DNA of 63,334 nucleotides, filler included, from Platydemus manokwari (GCA_037951405.1; 6 parts of 6 records of this genome joined end to end with filler, not necessarily neighbours in it), one strand, 5' to 3'; positions 12,330 to 26,320 are shown, counted from the whole stretch's first letter. Notes: generated by a model from the sequence alone, not told the origin. Numbers and translations: made by a program.

Positions 12330-14483
12330 GAAAATAAAATACACAAAGAAGCAAAGAAGAAACATAAGCGGGAGTTAAAAGGAAAAAATAGTGAATATTT
12401 AAAATAAATTATCTGTAAATAAAAAATTAATAAATTAAAATATATCGAAAGTATTCATATTGTAGTATTAATTACCTCCACCAGATTAAAGTGTCTTTAT
12501 ACCATTATCGTTAATATATCCTTTTTGATCAAAATGTGAAGGGATAGTTTATTAATATTTGATAATTGAGTATCATTTTTATCAGAATTTATTCAAATGA
12601 AATCCTAATAATTATTTTTATTAAATAAACTATCTTCAAATAAATTCATATTCATATTTTCATTTATTACTTCCTTTTAAATACCTTTACTTTTTAATTT
12701 TATTTTTTATTTTTTATTCTAGATATCTTTTCAAAATCACTTTTTTTAGTTCTTAGATTATGCATAAGTAACCGGTATTTCAAAATCAACTTCCCACATA
12801 ACAGTGACAGAATTACTATTTTTAATAATAACAATAAATCAATAAACTAAAGGTTTCCAAACACCTAAATAATATATTACTGATTAAATATTTCAATCTC
12901 CTTAAAAGATTTTATCAATAAAATAACATGGAAGCAAGAGGCTTAGTAAAGAGAACAATTTAATAAATCAAGACTGAAAAATAAAATCATGGAAAACAAC
13001 GCGAGATTTATTAGAATTATCATGATTATAATCAGGAACACAAAACAAAATTTTGAACCGCGGACATTATTATATATGACCATCATGAAGACAATAGCTG
13101 TCGATTTCCTCAGCAAAGGGATTCTTTCAAAAGTACTCGACTGACTAAATAGAGTGAAATAAATAATTAGGAATAACATTATAAAATACTCAATGGAAGC
13201 GAATCTATTGAAATATGTATTGACAATGGAGAGTTTGAAAATGGAGACCTATATCAATGATTAATTTCTTTGTGTCATCTTATTTAAAATATTATAAACG
13301 CGAAATTAGTTCTTCGTGGATACTAAATACGTTATTATGTGGATTTGATTCATTGTTATGACCGATACCAGTAAAACAGTGCTTGTATCGGATTTAATAC
13401 GAGTGTTAAAAGTTTTAAAGAAACATGGGGTAACATACTCCATACAAACGTTAAGGAGTGCTAATGAAAATAGATAGAAAGATATATTGATGATTGATCG
13501 ATTTTAAACTCAATAATATTGTTATCACAATTTTAAAAGAAGCCACGAAAAGAAACCTATAAATATTATAGTTATTGATTTAAATATTTATCGAATCCAT
13601 GATTCAGCAAATATTTCATTGATAAACTACAAACCACTATAAATTACAAACGTCATTGATTTGCACATTAACATGATGTACACCCACTAAAAATTCATAA
13701 ATAATATTAAACACTTTTAATAAATTGTAATGATTATTTAGATTATAATCAAATTTACAACTTTAACAATAATTCTAACTCGTTCGAAAGCAACAAATAT
13801 TAATAATAATTATAATATGTTTAATGATAACCAATAATTATTTTTTAGATCAATAAAACCTTTCATACAATAACTTATACAAATAATTTTTTTTATTTTA
13901 TTAATCAAATATCTGGGCTTCCTCATATATCAAATGTTCATCTCCATTGTTATTTTGAAATTTTTATTTACTTGATGTTTTCGTATTAGATAATTTTAAG
14001 TGGACATCTTTTGCTTAACTATTCTTACAATTGAAACCATATTCGAAATGTTAAATTACAAATTTGTTTTTACAAGCTAAAAATATACACACATATTTCA
14101 ATTTATTGGGCGAATAATAATTGATATATCTTTCATGTAGATTAAAACCATTTAAAGATTAATTTAAAGATTATCTCAACTTTAATTTGAAAAATGCACT
14201 TCATTAAATTTGCTATGGTCAATGAAATTATTCTTTAAAATAGATAACCAGTCTCAACCATAATACAATAGCTACGAAACAACAAACTGGTGTTATTATA
14301 AAAATAAATGTTATAAATGAGTCCCATTATTATCAAGCTATGAATATTTTATTGTGATTCACAACACTATCAAAATTTTAATAAATCAATTAAAGCTTCA
14401 AATATTTATTAATTAAAACAAATATTTGATTATGAAATAAGCTAAATTGTGCTGACCTAGTGACAAAATGCCATTAGCATTTA

Positions 14484-14817
14484 TTATCTTTGAATGCAGG
14501 TCAATTTATTTACTTTTCGACAAGATAACCCTTTCCGTTTTTGTTTGAAATAGCATTGTCTACATCGATATTTCAAAAATTTTGGACATTTCACATATTT
14601 CGATTTACATTTACCGAAAAGCTTTTCTTGTACCTCGTCTTGATCTTCAGAATCTATAAATCAATTGAAATACAACTAATAAATCGAATATACCATCTTC
14701 CATTGCTTTCAACGTCAGTTCTTCAGATTCAGTCTCATCAGCATCGACTTCTTCAACTGCTCGGAGGCCATGAAAGAACACAACTATTATACAGAGAATA
14801 ATTGCGACTTTCATCAT
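14484..14817 (-). CDS. Secreted prepropeptide, 97 aa: signal peptide, acidic propeptide and cationic 6-Cys peptide (putative antimicrobial peptide or toxin). Exons 14817-14694 and 14653-14484
   Basis: Removing a 40-nt phase-1 GT..AG intron (14693-14654) gives MMKVAIILCIIVVFFHGLRA-VEEVDADETESEELTLKAMEDDSEDQDEVQEK-LFGKCKSKYVKCPKFLKYRCRQCYFKQKRKGLSCRKVNKLTCIQR*. TATATAA lies ~30 nt upstream of the ATG and AATAAA overlaps the stop. Confidence 0.85.
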
Positions 14818-14843
14818 TGAATTATGCCAGTTAATACTCAACC

Positions 14844-14850
14844 TTATATA
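14844..14850 (-). promoter_or_regulatory. TATA box of the cationic peptide gene
   Basis: TATATAA (cg-tatataa-gg on the minus strand) ~30 nt upstream of the ATG at 14817. Confidence 0.5.
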
Positions 14851-17304
14851 CGACGTAGCCAATTACAAACATTGTGTGCCAAATTTAAATGACCCATAAT
14901 ATAGATGATTTTACAATATGAATCTTCAATGAAAACAAGGTGTATTGATTTGCAACTCTTTGTTAGCAAATCAAACGTATTGCTAACAATATTTTCATAT
15001 ATTTATTTCACATTGTTGTGTGATTTGACAATTTTATTTCTGGTCCAGCTCTGTTTTGTTGAGATCTTTTTAGTAAAAAAATATTTTATAGTTTTTCAAA
15101 CTGATAAAATTACGAATATCAAGAAAATCATTTTTAAATAAATTTTTTTTTGAAGATTTCTCTAAAATTCTTTTAATTAAAAAGCTTGAAATTCATTGGC
15201 CATTATTCTTTATTATTTTAATTTATAGCAAAATTAGCTTAAATGAAATATATTTTTATAATATTTTTGTTTGAAGCTAAACTAAAAAAACTTGGGAAAG
15301 AAGCAAGTTGTTGCTGATGAATCAGATACAAAATTATTTTTAAATTTGGTATTTGTTTTAAAATCAAAATGGAATATACATTAATATTAACAACATGAGA
15401 ATGACTTTCATTTAGGGTGTGGAATAATTATCAGTATAAAATGTCAAGAACCGCACACTATTGGGTCATTATAAGATGAGTTTATTGAAAACTATTTTCG
15501 AATGTTTAATGTGCTTCATAAAACATGAATATTTCACAAAAATTTGTAACACACACAATGCGTTATGATTCGTCACCATTTTTATGATTTTAATTTAGAA
15601 TTTGAAATTATTGATCCACTGTGTTGATTTGACTTTTATTTTTTAAATCATCAAAGATTAAAATTACAAAATAATTATATAAAAAAGTCAAACTCTAAAA
15701 ATTCAGTAAATCATAAACATCAGACCAATTATATCTAGCAAATTTTAATTATTTTCTTTTATTATTTACATGTCTAATGAGATACATATATTACCTGCTG
15801 ATTGTTCTTTGTACTTTTTCATTTTCAGACAAAACAATTTCACAACCTTGTTTTGTATTAAAATCGATACACAATGGTCCGCCATTATTGTCTGTAATTA
15901 TTTGTTATTAGTAGGCGACTGGAAGATGTTGTTAATATCTGGTGTTGTGTAAGTCAAGCACTGTCATAAAATGATTTGGTTTGAATTTATGCTTTGTTTT
16001 CATAATTTTGTTGAATAACAATTTGATATTGGTATATATAAAATCTATCGATCAATAAAATAAAATGTGAAAATTTCTAAAACACTGTATTTCAAGTGCC
16101 GTTTATTATTAATTTAAAATTTAATATTTTATTTTGATGGATGTTTGTTTAAATAAATCGAATAAATTTATTTGGCCTTACAGTTTTCAAATGGAATAAT
16201 TCTAGATTTGGTCCTATTCTTTTATCTCGAGGGAGTGCATGAGTATACCAGATTAGATATTTGGTCTGTATAATTTCGAACAGTCTCTGTCATAGTTATT
16301 GACCTTCATTCATATATCTTCAATTAAAAAATGGAATAATTCGAGGATTTGTCTGACAGTAAGCGAAATCTGAAAGAGATGATCAAGTTTAGTTCAGAGA
16401 ATTTAATGCTGTTTGAAATAAAGAATTTAGCCAAACTGATGAAGAACGATTCAGGTTTATCAGAGTCAATAATATATAGACTTTAATTGTTATAGTTCCA
16501 AAGCATCAACTATAAATTAATTTTTCACAAGTTTAAAATAATGAAATGGATAAAATGGACAAAAGTTTTAAATTTTGTTTTAAGATAGTTGATCTAAATT
16601 GATGTTGGGTAAAAACATGCTCTTCAAAGCGAGAAAGTTTCGAGAGCATGAGCGTTTCAATAACTTCTTCATTTTTTATATTTAAATCAAAAGATAGGAT
16701 TTTACCTAACAAATAACATTTTTATTTTTAAATCTTTATTTTTTATAAAGAATTATTTCTAAATTTATCTTAAAAATTGAATGATTACAGTAATATTTTG
16801 AGCAAGACCATTTTATAAGTATAAATATTTTTATAAATATTTTTTTTTATTTTATATATTTTATAAATATTTTTTTATTAATAATGTTAATCTTATCTAA
16901 ATTTGAATTATTTATAATATTAATAAATAAACATTACAAAGTGGACTATTTGGTTTTTGAGTTTTAATACTTTCCTTAATCAGCGACAGTTCATTGTTGG
17001 TTTAAACAAAAGTGGTTGGAAGCATGATAAATTACATTACTACAATGACATTATACAGTGAATTATGAACTAATTTCATCGCTATGTTTTTGGAGGAAAT
17101 ATATATGGACAAGTTTTGTAGTGAAAAATGAGAAGCAGTAGATTTGCAAGTTAAATTTAGATTGATAATTAAATTAGATTGATGATGATTACGATAAATG
17201 TATAATTTTTATTTCGTTTAAGGTTTAAATTTTTATAATATTATTAATGATAATATAAATAATAATAAATGAATAATAGTATCAAAAGTATCGTTGTTTA
17301 TATT

Positions 17305-19060
17305 TTATTCTGTGTAGTATTTGCCGTACTTATCGATCCTTGTCCTAATGTTGTGGGTTGCGGTATATGGACTATCAGCTAATCTTAAAGGATACTTTTG
17401 GCTAAAGACAATTAAATTATTAGTCGAGAGGAAATCAGATGTTTTGACAATAAACTGTTTGAATGGATCTGTTTGGATTTTTTAGAAGGAAATTTTTCAA
17501 AAATCTCAAGGTTATTTGATCTCCATCGTTTATTATGGATTACATTTGGAGGAAATATTTCCTAAAGTCGAATATTTCAGAAGTCAAAGATAGCTATCCG
17601 CTTTTGCACATAGTTGTGTTGTCCTTGATGGGAAAAATATATATCATTTTTGTCAGATATCTCACAGAGTTCTTACTATTTCCCCATGCCTAATTTCTAT
17701 AGGGATTATTTGGTAACTTTCGTTGCGGAGCACCATATTGTAGTTTACTTTTTAAGACACATCTATGTTTATAGGCACGAAGATCTTAAAAGCGTTTTGG
17801 TGTCGTTTTTGAAAGTCATAGAGTTGTCGACTATTAATTATGGCCTCAGACACCGCAATTAGGTTAATGAAGTCTGAGCCTGAATTATACAGTAGCGTCT
17901 TAAGAACTCTAGTAATATCCAGATCGTCGAACCAGGCTCGGAGATCAAATCTCATCGAATTAATATCTGAGCTCGGAGATATAAAATCTCTAAAGTTGTT
18001 ATCTGCACTGGTGCTATCTCTAGGAGTATGGATACCCAGTGCAGTCACGACCCTTCAATTTTCCTCAGGTTTTCACTCGGAATTCATTCTAAATTCCGTT
18101 TTTTTAGGTCAATTCATGTACATCTTGATCAATTACCTTTCTACTTGATTTAGCATTGTAGGACCGTAGTTTTAGTAGGATCGGGGTACCATTTGGAAAT
18201 GTGTCTTCCTTTTTCTTTTTTTTGATACGGACGGTACAATTGAATACGCTTTTTCGATAATGGTGTTATCATGCAGGAATTTCAAAATTTCCTCAATTTG
18301 TTCCTCAATCTTATGGTTTAAAATTAATGGATTAGCCAAATCGTGGAGTAATGTGTTATGGTCCTTGACCAGTTTATTCACAGAGTGTCTGAGAGCATCT
18401 TTCAGTGCATTCAACCCTTTGGTGAGTTTTCGACAGCCTTGATGGGCTGACATTTTTTCCAGTTTGTCATTAATTTCTATCAGTTTGTTGAATTTTTCAG
18501 TTTTATCCTTACTTACTGACAGGTATTCAGTGATGAACATATTGTATCTTTCGTGTATATGCTAGATTAAAGGTTTAAATGACCTTTTCATCCAATGACA
18601 ATTTCAAAAGATCATTTTTGATCTTATGTAGTTCTAGTGCCAACCACGAGTTGACTGGGCACACATATCAATAACAGCATCGATTTTATCAAATGACTTA
18701 TTAGGAATAAAGTTATCCAAAAGTAGAATGCACGCATTCTCATACATATTCCTGTTCCAATCATCTTCACCATAGGTACCTCGAAGAATAGTGTTGGAAA
18801 TGAAACAGGAGTTAATATGGAAGATTATTCCCATAATCCTATTCGTCGAATCTGGCATTTCTAGAATGCTTTAAGTCTTTATTACCGACTTTGCTTTGTT
18901 CAGAGACTATTATTTTATTACCACCATTTAAAGTGGAATAAAGCGGATCACCCTTTTCACCCGTAGGATCATTGTCGGACGGACATAAATCAATAATGTT
19001 TAATTTTATATCACCACTGAATTTCAAAATACAAAATTTCTTTCGTCGCACTGTGAGCAT
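17305..19060 (-). pseudogene. Disrupted long intronless ORF (~580 codons) of unknown family
   Basis: Four consecutive minus-strand ORFs (18839-19060, 18634-18858, 18172-18540, 17752-18048; the last three in one frame) plus coding-like sequence down to ~17305. The block is richer in GC than its near-pure-AT flanks. Confidence 0.5.
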
Positions 19061-20559
19061 TAATTTTAATTAAATGATAATAATTTTAAAATTTCAAAAT
19101 AATTTAAAATAATTAATTTTAAAATCATTATTTTAAATAATGATTTTTAAAAAAAGTGTATTTTAAAATAATAATAAATTTTAAAATAGCACTTAAAAAT
19201 TTATTATAAAATATGAGATAATTTAAAGTTATTTTAATATTGTCATATATAGATCTTAAGATCGATGTCGAAACTTTCCGGAAATATAATTTGTTTAAAA
19301 AATTGTATTAAATGTTGGAATGAAATAAATTTTAAGAAAATAAGTTATTCTGTTGAAACATCAATTACAAGTAAAGTAGCTGCAGCTAACACACACAATT
19401 ATTAAAAAGGTTTTAGAAATCACCTATGACAATATGATGAGTTTTGGGGTCACTCTCTTTTCTTGTTATTATTATTTGTTTGTTTTAATTGATTAAATCG
19501 ATTCTACGACTTAATTAGTGTTCTGAGTCCGTTATTGACCCTCAGGTAGCAGTGAAACCTTATGATTTTTGATGTTCTTTCGCCTCGACGATCACTTCTT
19601 ATATGACGATAAGTGGATCGGCGTAGTAATCGATTTTGATATTTTNNNNNNNNNNNNNNNNNNNNNNNNNNNNNNNNNNNNNNNNNNNNTTAATTAATTA
19701 ANNNNNNNNNNNNNNNNNNNNNNNNNNNNNNNNNNNNNNNNNNNNGATTAATTTTATAATCAAATCTTTATTTTTCTATTAAAATATAATCATTTTATTT
19801 AAACAAAAAACTGATGTTAAATAAATAAATAAATTTAATTATCATATATTCTTACAAAATTGGTTTTATATTAAAATTTTCGTCCATAAATCATATAGCA
19901 GATTTTAATAATTTAAAAATTAAATAAAATATTAATTAACGCTGCCAAAATAACCAAATAAATATTTTTAAATTCTAAGAAAAATCATTAAAACCTTTAA
20001 AAAATTAGAAATTATGCAATGCAGGCTTGTGATGTAGAATTTAAATACTGTAACCATATTGATTGTATATTTCATTTCTCAACTGATATTAACCCAGGAA
20101 AAAAGAACCAGTTAAACTCACTTTACAACGCTTCCATACTCAGTAATTGATTTGAATGAAAACCACTGGAATGTCATATGTAAAACTTATTTCATCGAGT
20201 GTGGTTGTTTTGACGTTTGAAATTTAATGGTTATTGTGAACAAATGAGAGCAGTTATTTTTCGTTGAACTATTTGCAAACGAACAGAAATAATAAAGACA
20301 AAATAAATTTTCAAAAACCATCTAATGATACTCAAGCTCGTATTGAATAAATTTCTGTTTCATTAGAATCATCATCGTAAACAAGTGACTGATTTATTCG
20401 GTCGATGATGAAGAGTTTTGTTTGGTTAAATTGAATGGTTTGATTGTAATCACATTAGCTTCATTAGAAATTGAATATGTCAATAATTGTCTTTACAATT
20501 CAATATATTAAAGGTGCAGTCCTTGAAAGAAGTCACAAAATAAATGGTAGATAAATTTC

Positions 20560-22480
20560 TAATTCATTCTATTTAGAGTTCATTAGACATCGCACATACA
20601 TGCTGAGAGGATTTTAAAATTGTAGAATTTATAATTTCGCATTGTTACACTGTATTCCATCAGTATTGCTATCATATCATTATTTATAGCACGAAACCTG
20701 ATAATCTATTAAGGGTCAGATAATTAATGAAAATTATTATCGATTTTAAACTTCGACGGCTTTCATTATAAGTCAATATATATATTGTCAATAGAACACA
20801 GTCATTACCAACATTTGACATGAAAAATCAAATCAACTACTAATACAGGTAATGCTTTCGCAATTGTTTGCTTTTTAGTGAGTGAAAATAATAGAAATCT
20901 TTCTAATCCTGGTTAAAGGCAACTTTGAGCTTATACCAAATAAGCACTTGGTTCAATCCTATTTTTACACATATGCAATTCAATGTACTGAGATCATTCA
21001 AAAATTTTTCAAATGCGGATACAGAAGTACGAAACCACTCCAAATGATACAACTCCAATACAAAGCGACAATTTTAACAAAGTATTGAAAATTATTCCAA
21101 AATTAAAATACTAGAGGCTTAACCAGACCAACAAACCACCATGTATGTTCTCAACGTGTGATACTAGCCTTATCGTTTTCGTGATGCGATGAGAAAATAC
21201 ATATATTATTATTGTTATGATTCTAATAAAGAAATAACTAACTCAAATAAAACTTACGTCTGAAGCTTATATTATTATTTGGTCTGAAAATTGATAAGAA
21301 AGAAACTGTGATGCAATGAATAGATATTTTCAACCATTAAAAATTTTTTTAACGTTATTGAATTGAATGAACCAATTCACTATTCCTCACATTAATGAGT
21401 ATGAGAAATTCGTGTAGAATTCGCGACCATTGAAATTAAACCCTTGTTTAGATACTTTCCTCCCAGTCACAACATAAAGATACTTAATAAGCAAAAAAGA
21501 GAACAATAAAATCGTTAATTTACTACTAATATTCATAATAAAAGCCGATTCAATGATCAAGTAAACTATATGTTCCAGCAGGTGTTATAACACCACACAG
21601 CTGAAAGCCATCGAAAGAGAGACGCCATGAAAGGTGAACACAAAATAAATTCTCAACAGCATTCAAACCATTCAAAGATTCAATCCTAGTTACTTGAGGT
21701 CAGTGAAAGAAGTCGATTGGTCAGCAGATTTTCGAGTAGGAAAAATGGGAAGATAGATTTAATAATGAGAAACTAAGAGTTGGTCAATAACAGTAGAAGA
21801 ACATTTTATGTGAAATAAAGGAATTCTTGTAAAAACTACGACAATAAATTTGGAATATCTCTGTACAAGTAGAAATGTATCGGTATAGGTATCATTTATG
21901 AAAACGATCAACCAAAGATGATAACTCAACGAAAATGAAATGATATCCGAGCATTGTTTAGATTCATTATAAACCTTACGATTGAAGATTAAAAGCACGG
22001 AAAATCGTTCTGCAAAAAGGACTGAATTTGGAAGAAATTAGAGAAAAGTTAATATTTCTTGATGTGGAAATCACAGCCAGAAATCCGTATATAACTATTT
22101 ATTTGTATGAGAGTGTGTATAATAGGTTAAGCTTTATGTTTCGATTATTTGATACATTAAAATTGAGTTGTGTAAGCTTGAATAAAAATCAATATACAAT
22201 TTCAGTGCTTAGTTTAAGAGAAAAACAAAAAAAATCATTTAAGTAATTTTCCGAAGAAATATTGTGGCAAACCTTACCAAGTACTGTTAAACGGAGTTTA
22301 ATAATTTGTGGATTCCTATAAGGAAATATCAATATTTTATTTTGAATTTTATATTGATTATCAAATTGACAGATATTGTGGCGTGTGTCAAAAGTCGAGT
22401 TAGACAAAATTACCACCAAAAAATCCTGTAACCATTAGGAAACACACATTATACCAGTAGCCAATAATAGGCTTGTAAAT
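20560..22480 (-). pseudogene. Probable decayed class A (rhodopsin-like) GPCR
   Basis: Ordered fragments: VFLMVTGFFGGNFV (TM1 GN), FFLLENLLTNRLL (TM2-like), TCWNI*FT*SLNRLLL (NRY-like), IGVVSFGVVSYFCIRI (TM5), KQTIAKALPVLVV...CW (TM6), NPLSMY (NPxxY). Many stops and frameshifts. Confidence 0.35.
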
Positions 22481-24660
22481 CAACACACTCTAATTGGACT
22501 GTTCAATTTTTAAACCAGTCATGTCAACACAAAAGAACGACACGAAGAAAATTATCCAATGGAAACCTTTAAACAATACTTGAAAGTCATGAACAAAAAG
22601 AAATCAATTCACAAGACATTTATCAAGACTCACAAAATAGCACTATATAACCAGTGAGCTCATTACAAAAATCATTTCTCGTCCATGATTGGACTCTGCT
22701 CCTTGGTTTCCATTTTGAATTTGAACCTTGAGACAGTTTTGAGTTTATAAGTTTTTGAATGTGATTTCGAGTTATTATTTGAAGCCAAAATATAGCTTTT
22801 CATATTTTAGTAAGTGATTTGACAAAATATAGTTGGGAATCTTGTATCTCCTCTTGTAAAATTCGCCATACAGTATACGCCATACAAAAGAATAGGCATT
22901 ACATAAAATGTAGAAACTATAAATAGAATAACTGGGATAAAAAACACTTTAATAGAGATTAAAAAAAATCTTTCTTCAGCTACATCATTTTGAAAAGGTA
23001 CTTTATTTTTGAAGATTTAATTTTATAATATTTATAGTAATTTTAAATTAATAAGATTAAACAAAACAAACATTATTGGTAAAGATTGGCACAATACATG
23101 TGTGAACAATTTATTCAACATTGATCATTATTTACCCACAAATTTTCCAAAAGAAAGAACATGTGTTCGAATTTCACAAATGAGCTCAATTTCTTGAGCA
23201 TTTCTCACTTCAAAAATAGCGCATTATTATTTCATATTTGCTTAATATTTTTGGAATTAGCTTGGAATTTTTTAATCATCGAGGCTTACATTTACTATTT
23301 CACTGGAGTACATTGAAAACCAAATACGATAACAGAAAATAAATTCGCGTGGTAAAATTCTGCATGACTTTTTTTTCTGAAAATCCGATTAATTATTAAA
23401 ACAAATCCTTGTAAATAAATGGCGCGATAAATAATTAACGAGCAAAAGAATAATTACATCAAAAAATCAACGGTTGACATAAATGAATAAAGCGTTCTAT
23501 CGATTCAATTGAGAACCTAAGCAAAATTATGGAAATAAAATAATAATAATAATAATTATTATTATTATGGAAGGACAATATTATTATCAAAGGGCATTAT
23601 TATATAAAATATAAAAAACTAAATTTTATAAAATAAGAGAAAGTAAAACACAAAATAATCCACTTTATCGTTAACAACTTTATACATTATAGGCCGCACT
23701 GTATCTATAAATAAAATAATATCCCATAAGTACTGTGACGATTGTAAATACTAATTTGACTTCACAACAGCCATTACTCCATATGGAATGAGTAATTTAT
23801 TGTTTTAATAAAACCTAAATTATGATTCAACTAATCGTTCGTCCATTTATTAAATAATATTGGTTTGATATTTTAATATTTTATAAATAATAATATTTTG
23901 TGTTAAAAATTTGAATGTAACCCGACAACGTTAATAAGTAATTGAACTCATACAGTTTTCATTAGAAATGTCCTTCAAACTACTAAATAAAATAGGAAAA
24001 ATGTCACACGCGCTTTACCACTGCAAGTTAGCCGACTGTACTTTGAATGAACAATTGTGTGATCTAAAATTCTGTTTGATAAACAACAATAATAAATGAG
24101 AATACCATTTGACTGACCATAACGTTCCTGGACATTAATTCATGGGGTCAAACAAAAATCGATCAATAGAACATGACTCAAATTGTAATTAATAATGGTT
24201 GAGCTAATTTAGGAACACACACATTCTCTTATGAATATATTACCTAATTAGTCAAATAATGGAATCCAAATCATAACAATCGAATAAAAAAACCATGGAA
24301 CACTTTACAAAATCATTTTAAAATCAGATATCAGATAAAAATTGCAAATAAAAACCCATATTTATGCATGATTTGGATTAGTTTGACCGGCTAAAGTTTA
24401 AAAAATGGTTAGTAAAATCAAATTTTAATTTTGTTGAGTGTATTGCAAAAATCTATATAGTTTACTTAATTATATTCTTTTAAAAATATTTTGAATTTTT
24501 TATTTAAGTTTTTAAGAAGTATTTTAGTTGTTTGAAATCAAAGATTAAATATATTAGAACTTTAAGATCTCCTTAAATTGGATTATTTGTAATTCGGATC
24601 AAATTAGGTCAAATTGCAATTTATTGAAAATCACAGAGGACCCCTTTTATAACATCAGAT

Positions 24661-24775
24661 GCAAATTGAGTGATAATCTCAATTTTTACAATTATTTTAT
24701 AAAAACAACCAATGATATTAGATTATTAAAGATATATGTGGTTAAAATTTATAAAATCATATAGAAGAGTTGTGA
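24661..24775 (+). repeat. Dispersed repeat, homologous to 1892-2035
   Basis: Same conserved blocks as at 1892-2035. Confidence 0.6.
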
Positions 24776-26086
24776 TTAGAATAGGAACTTGATTAAGCAA
24801 TTCTTTTGGTTTCTATTCGACATCATAAAATGTGAGATATCGACAAATAAATCAACTTCCACAAAATAATAGAGAAAATCAAAAACAAAAATATGTAATA
24901 TCAATATAATTTTCTTATTTTTCTCTTGGTCACCGAAATTTATTTGTAGTTATAAAAATATTACTAAAATAATGGAATGATATCAAATTCTTGTGATTTA
25001 AACTCTGATACTTTTCCTCGTGATATAAGTTATTAGACACCGCCTTAGCGTCGCTTACAAATCATTTCCACTAAACATTTCAAATAGGAGGTGACCACAA
25101 TTTATAGATGAACATATCACGAACGAGGAGAATTTAATGAAACATATATGAAATACTCACCAGGAAAAACAAGGATTTTCGAATTGTAGATGAATAACGG
25201 CTTGATGTTTGAACTTTTTGATGTCGCATTAAGAATATCTGAGCACAATTTGTTAAGTCTGGCTATGAAATTGTAAAACACTCTTACATATGACAACATT
25301 TATTTTTCTCATTGTATGAAAAGAATTTTTTTGCTCGTAAAAAGTTCTCCTCATTTAATAGCAGCACACTGACAGGAATACACTTAAAAACGTAATTTAA
25401 AAACTATGAGTCCAACATTGTTAACTAATCGTGTGCATTTTAGATGAAAAAAATCGTGTATTTTGTTCCTATATGGTTTTGAATTCGAATAAATCATTAC
25501 AGAGCGAGTGGTAAAATATTAATTTCCTCGATTATTTAAAAAACATTTTAATTGATTTAAATAAAAACATTAGCATAAAAATATTGATTCTTGCACCAGC
25601 TTTGTGGAACCCAAATATTGAAATATTATCGATAATTTTTTGTCAAACCAAAATCCATCCTGTATTGGCAGTGTAAGAGCTGATAGCAAATTTGGAAACA
25701 TAGTCGAACATGAAAAGAATAGAGGAAATTTTTATGTGAGAAAATTATTTGCTTCATTTCATAGAGATTTGAAATGATTTCATAACTTGGGAGATAAATG
25801 AATCGATTTAATGAAATTGTAATAATTGTTTAAATGAATTGATTTAATATAAAATTGTAATAATTGTTTAAATGAATTAAATCAAGAATAAATTTTAATT
25901 TCATGGATAGTAAATATTATTTGGTCGTTATTTAAGCAAATCTTTGAAATGAGAAATATTTTTCTTCAATGAAATAAAATCAATAATGGGATCACTAAAA
26001 CACAAATTGAAGTTGTCGGTAATTAAATTGTTTGCTTTTCAAATTTTAATTTCAATAATCGATCAGTTTGTAATTATTTCTTTTTT

Positions 26087-26320
26087 NNNNNNNNNNNNNN
26101 NNNNNNNNNNNNNNNNNNNNNNNNNNNNNNNNNNNNNNNNNNNNNNNNNNNNNNNNNNNNNNNNNNNNNNNNNNNNNNNNNNNNNNNNNNNNNNNNNNNN
26201 NNNNNNNNNNNNNNNNNNNNNNNNNNNNNNNNNNNNNNNNNNNNNNNNNNNNNNNNNNNNNNNNNNNNNNNNNNNNNNNNNNNNNNNNNNNNNNNNNNNN
26301 NNNNNNNNNNNNNNNNNNNC
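26087..26320. other. Assembly gap (234 N)
   Basis: Run of N without the spacer core. Confidence 0.98.

Noticed and set aside
12480-12900. Possible Maverick penton C-terminus (FDQKGYINDNG)
   Set aside because: Too short and degenerate to call.
14541-14862. Track ORFs 14541-14801 (+) and unspliced 14647-14862 (-)
   Set aside because: The first is antisense. The second starts at a non-ATG codon and reads into the intron; the spliced model explains the region better.
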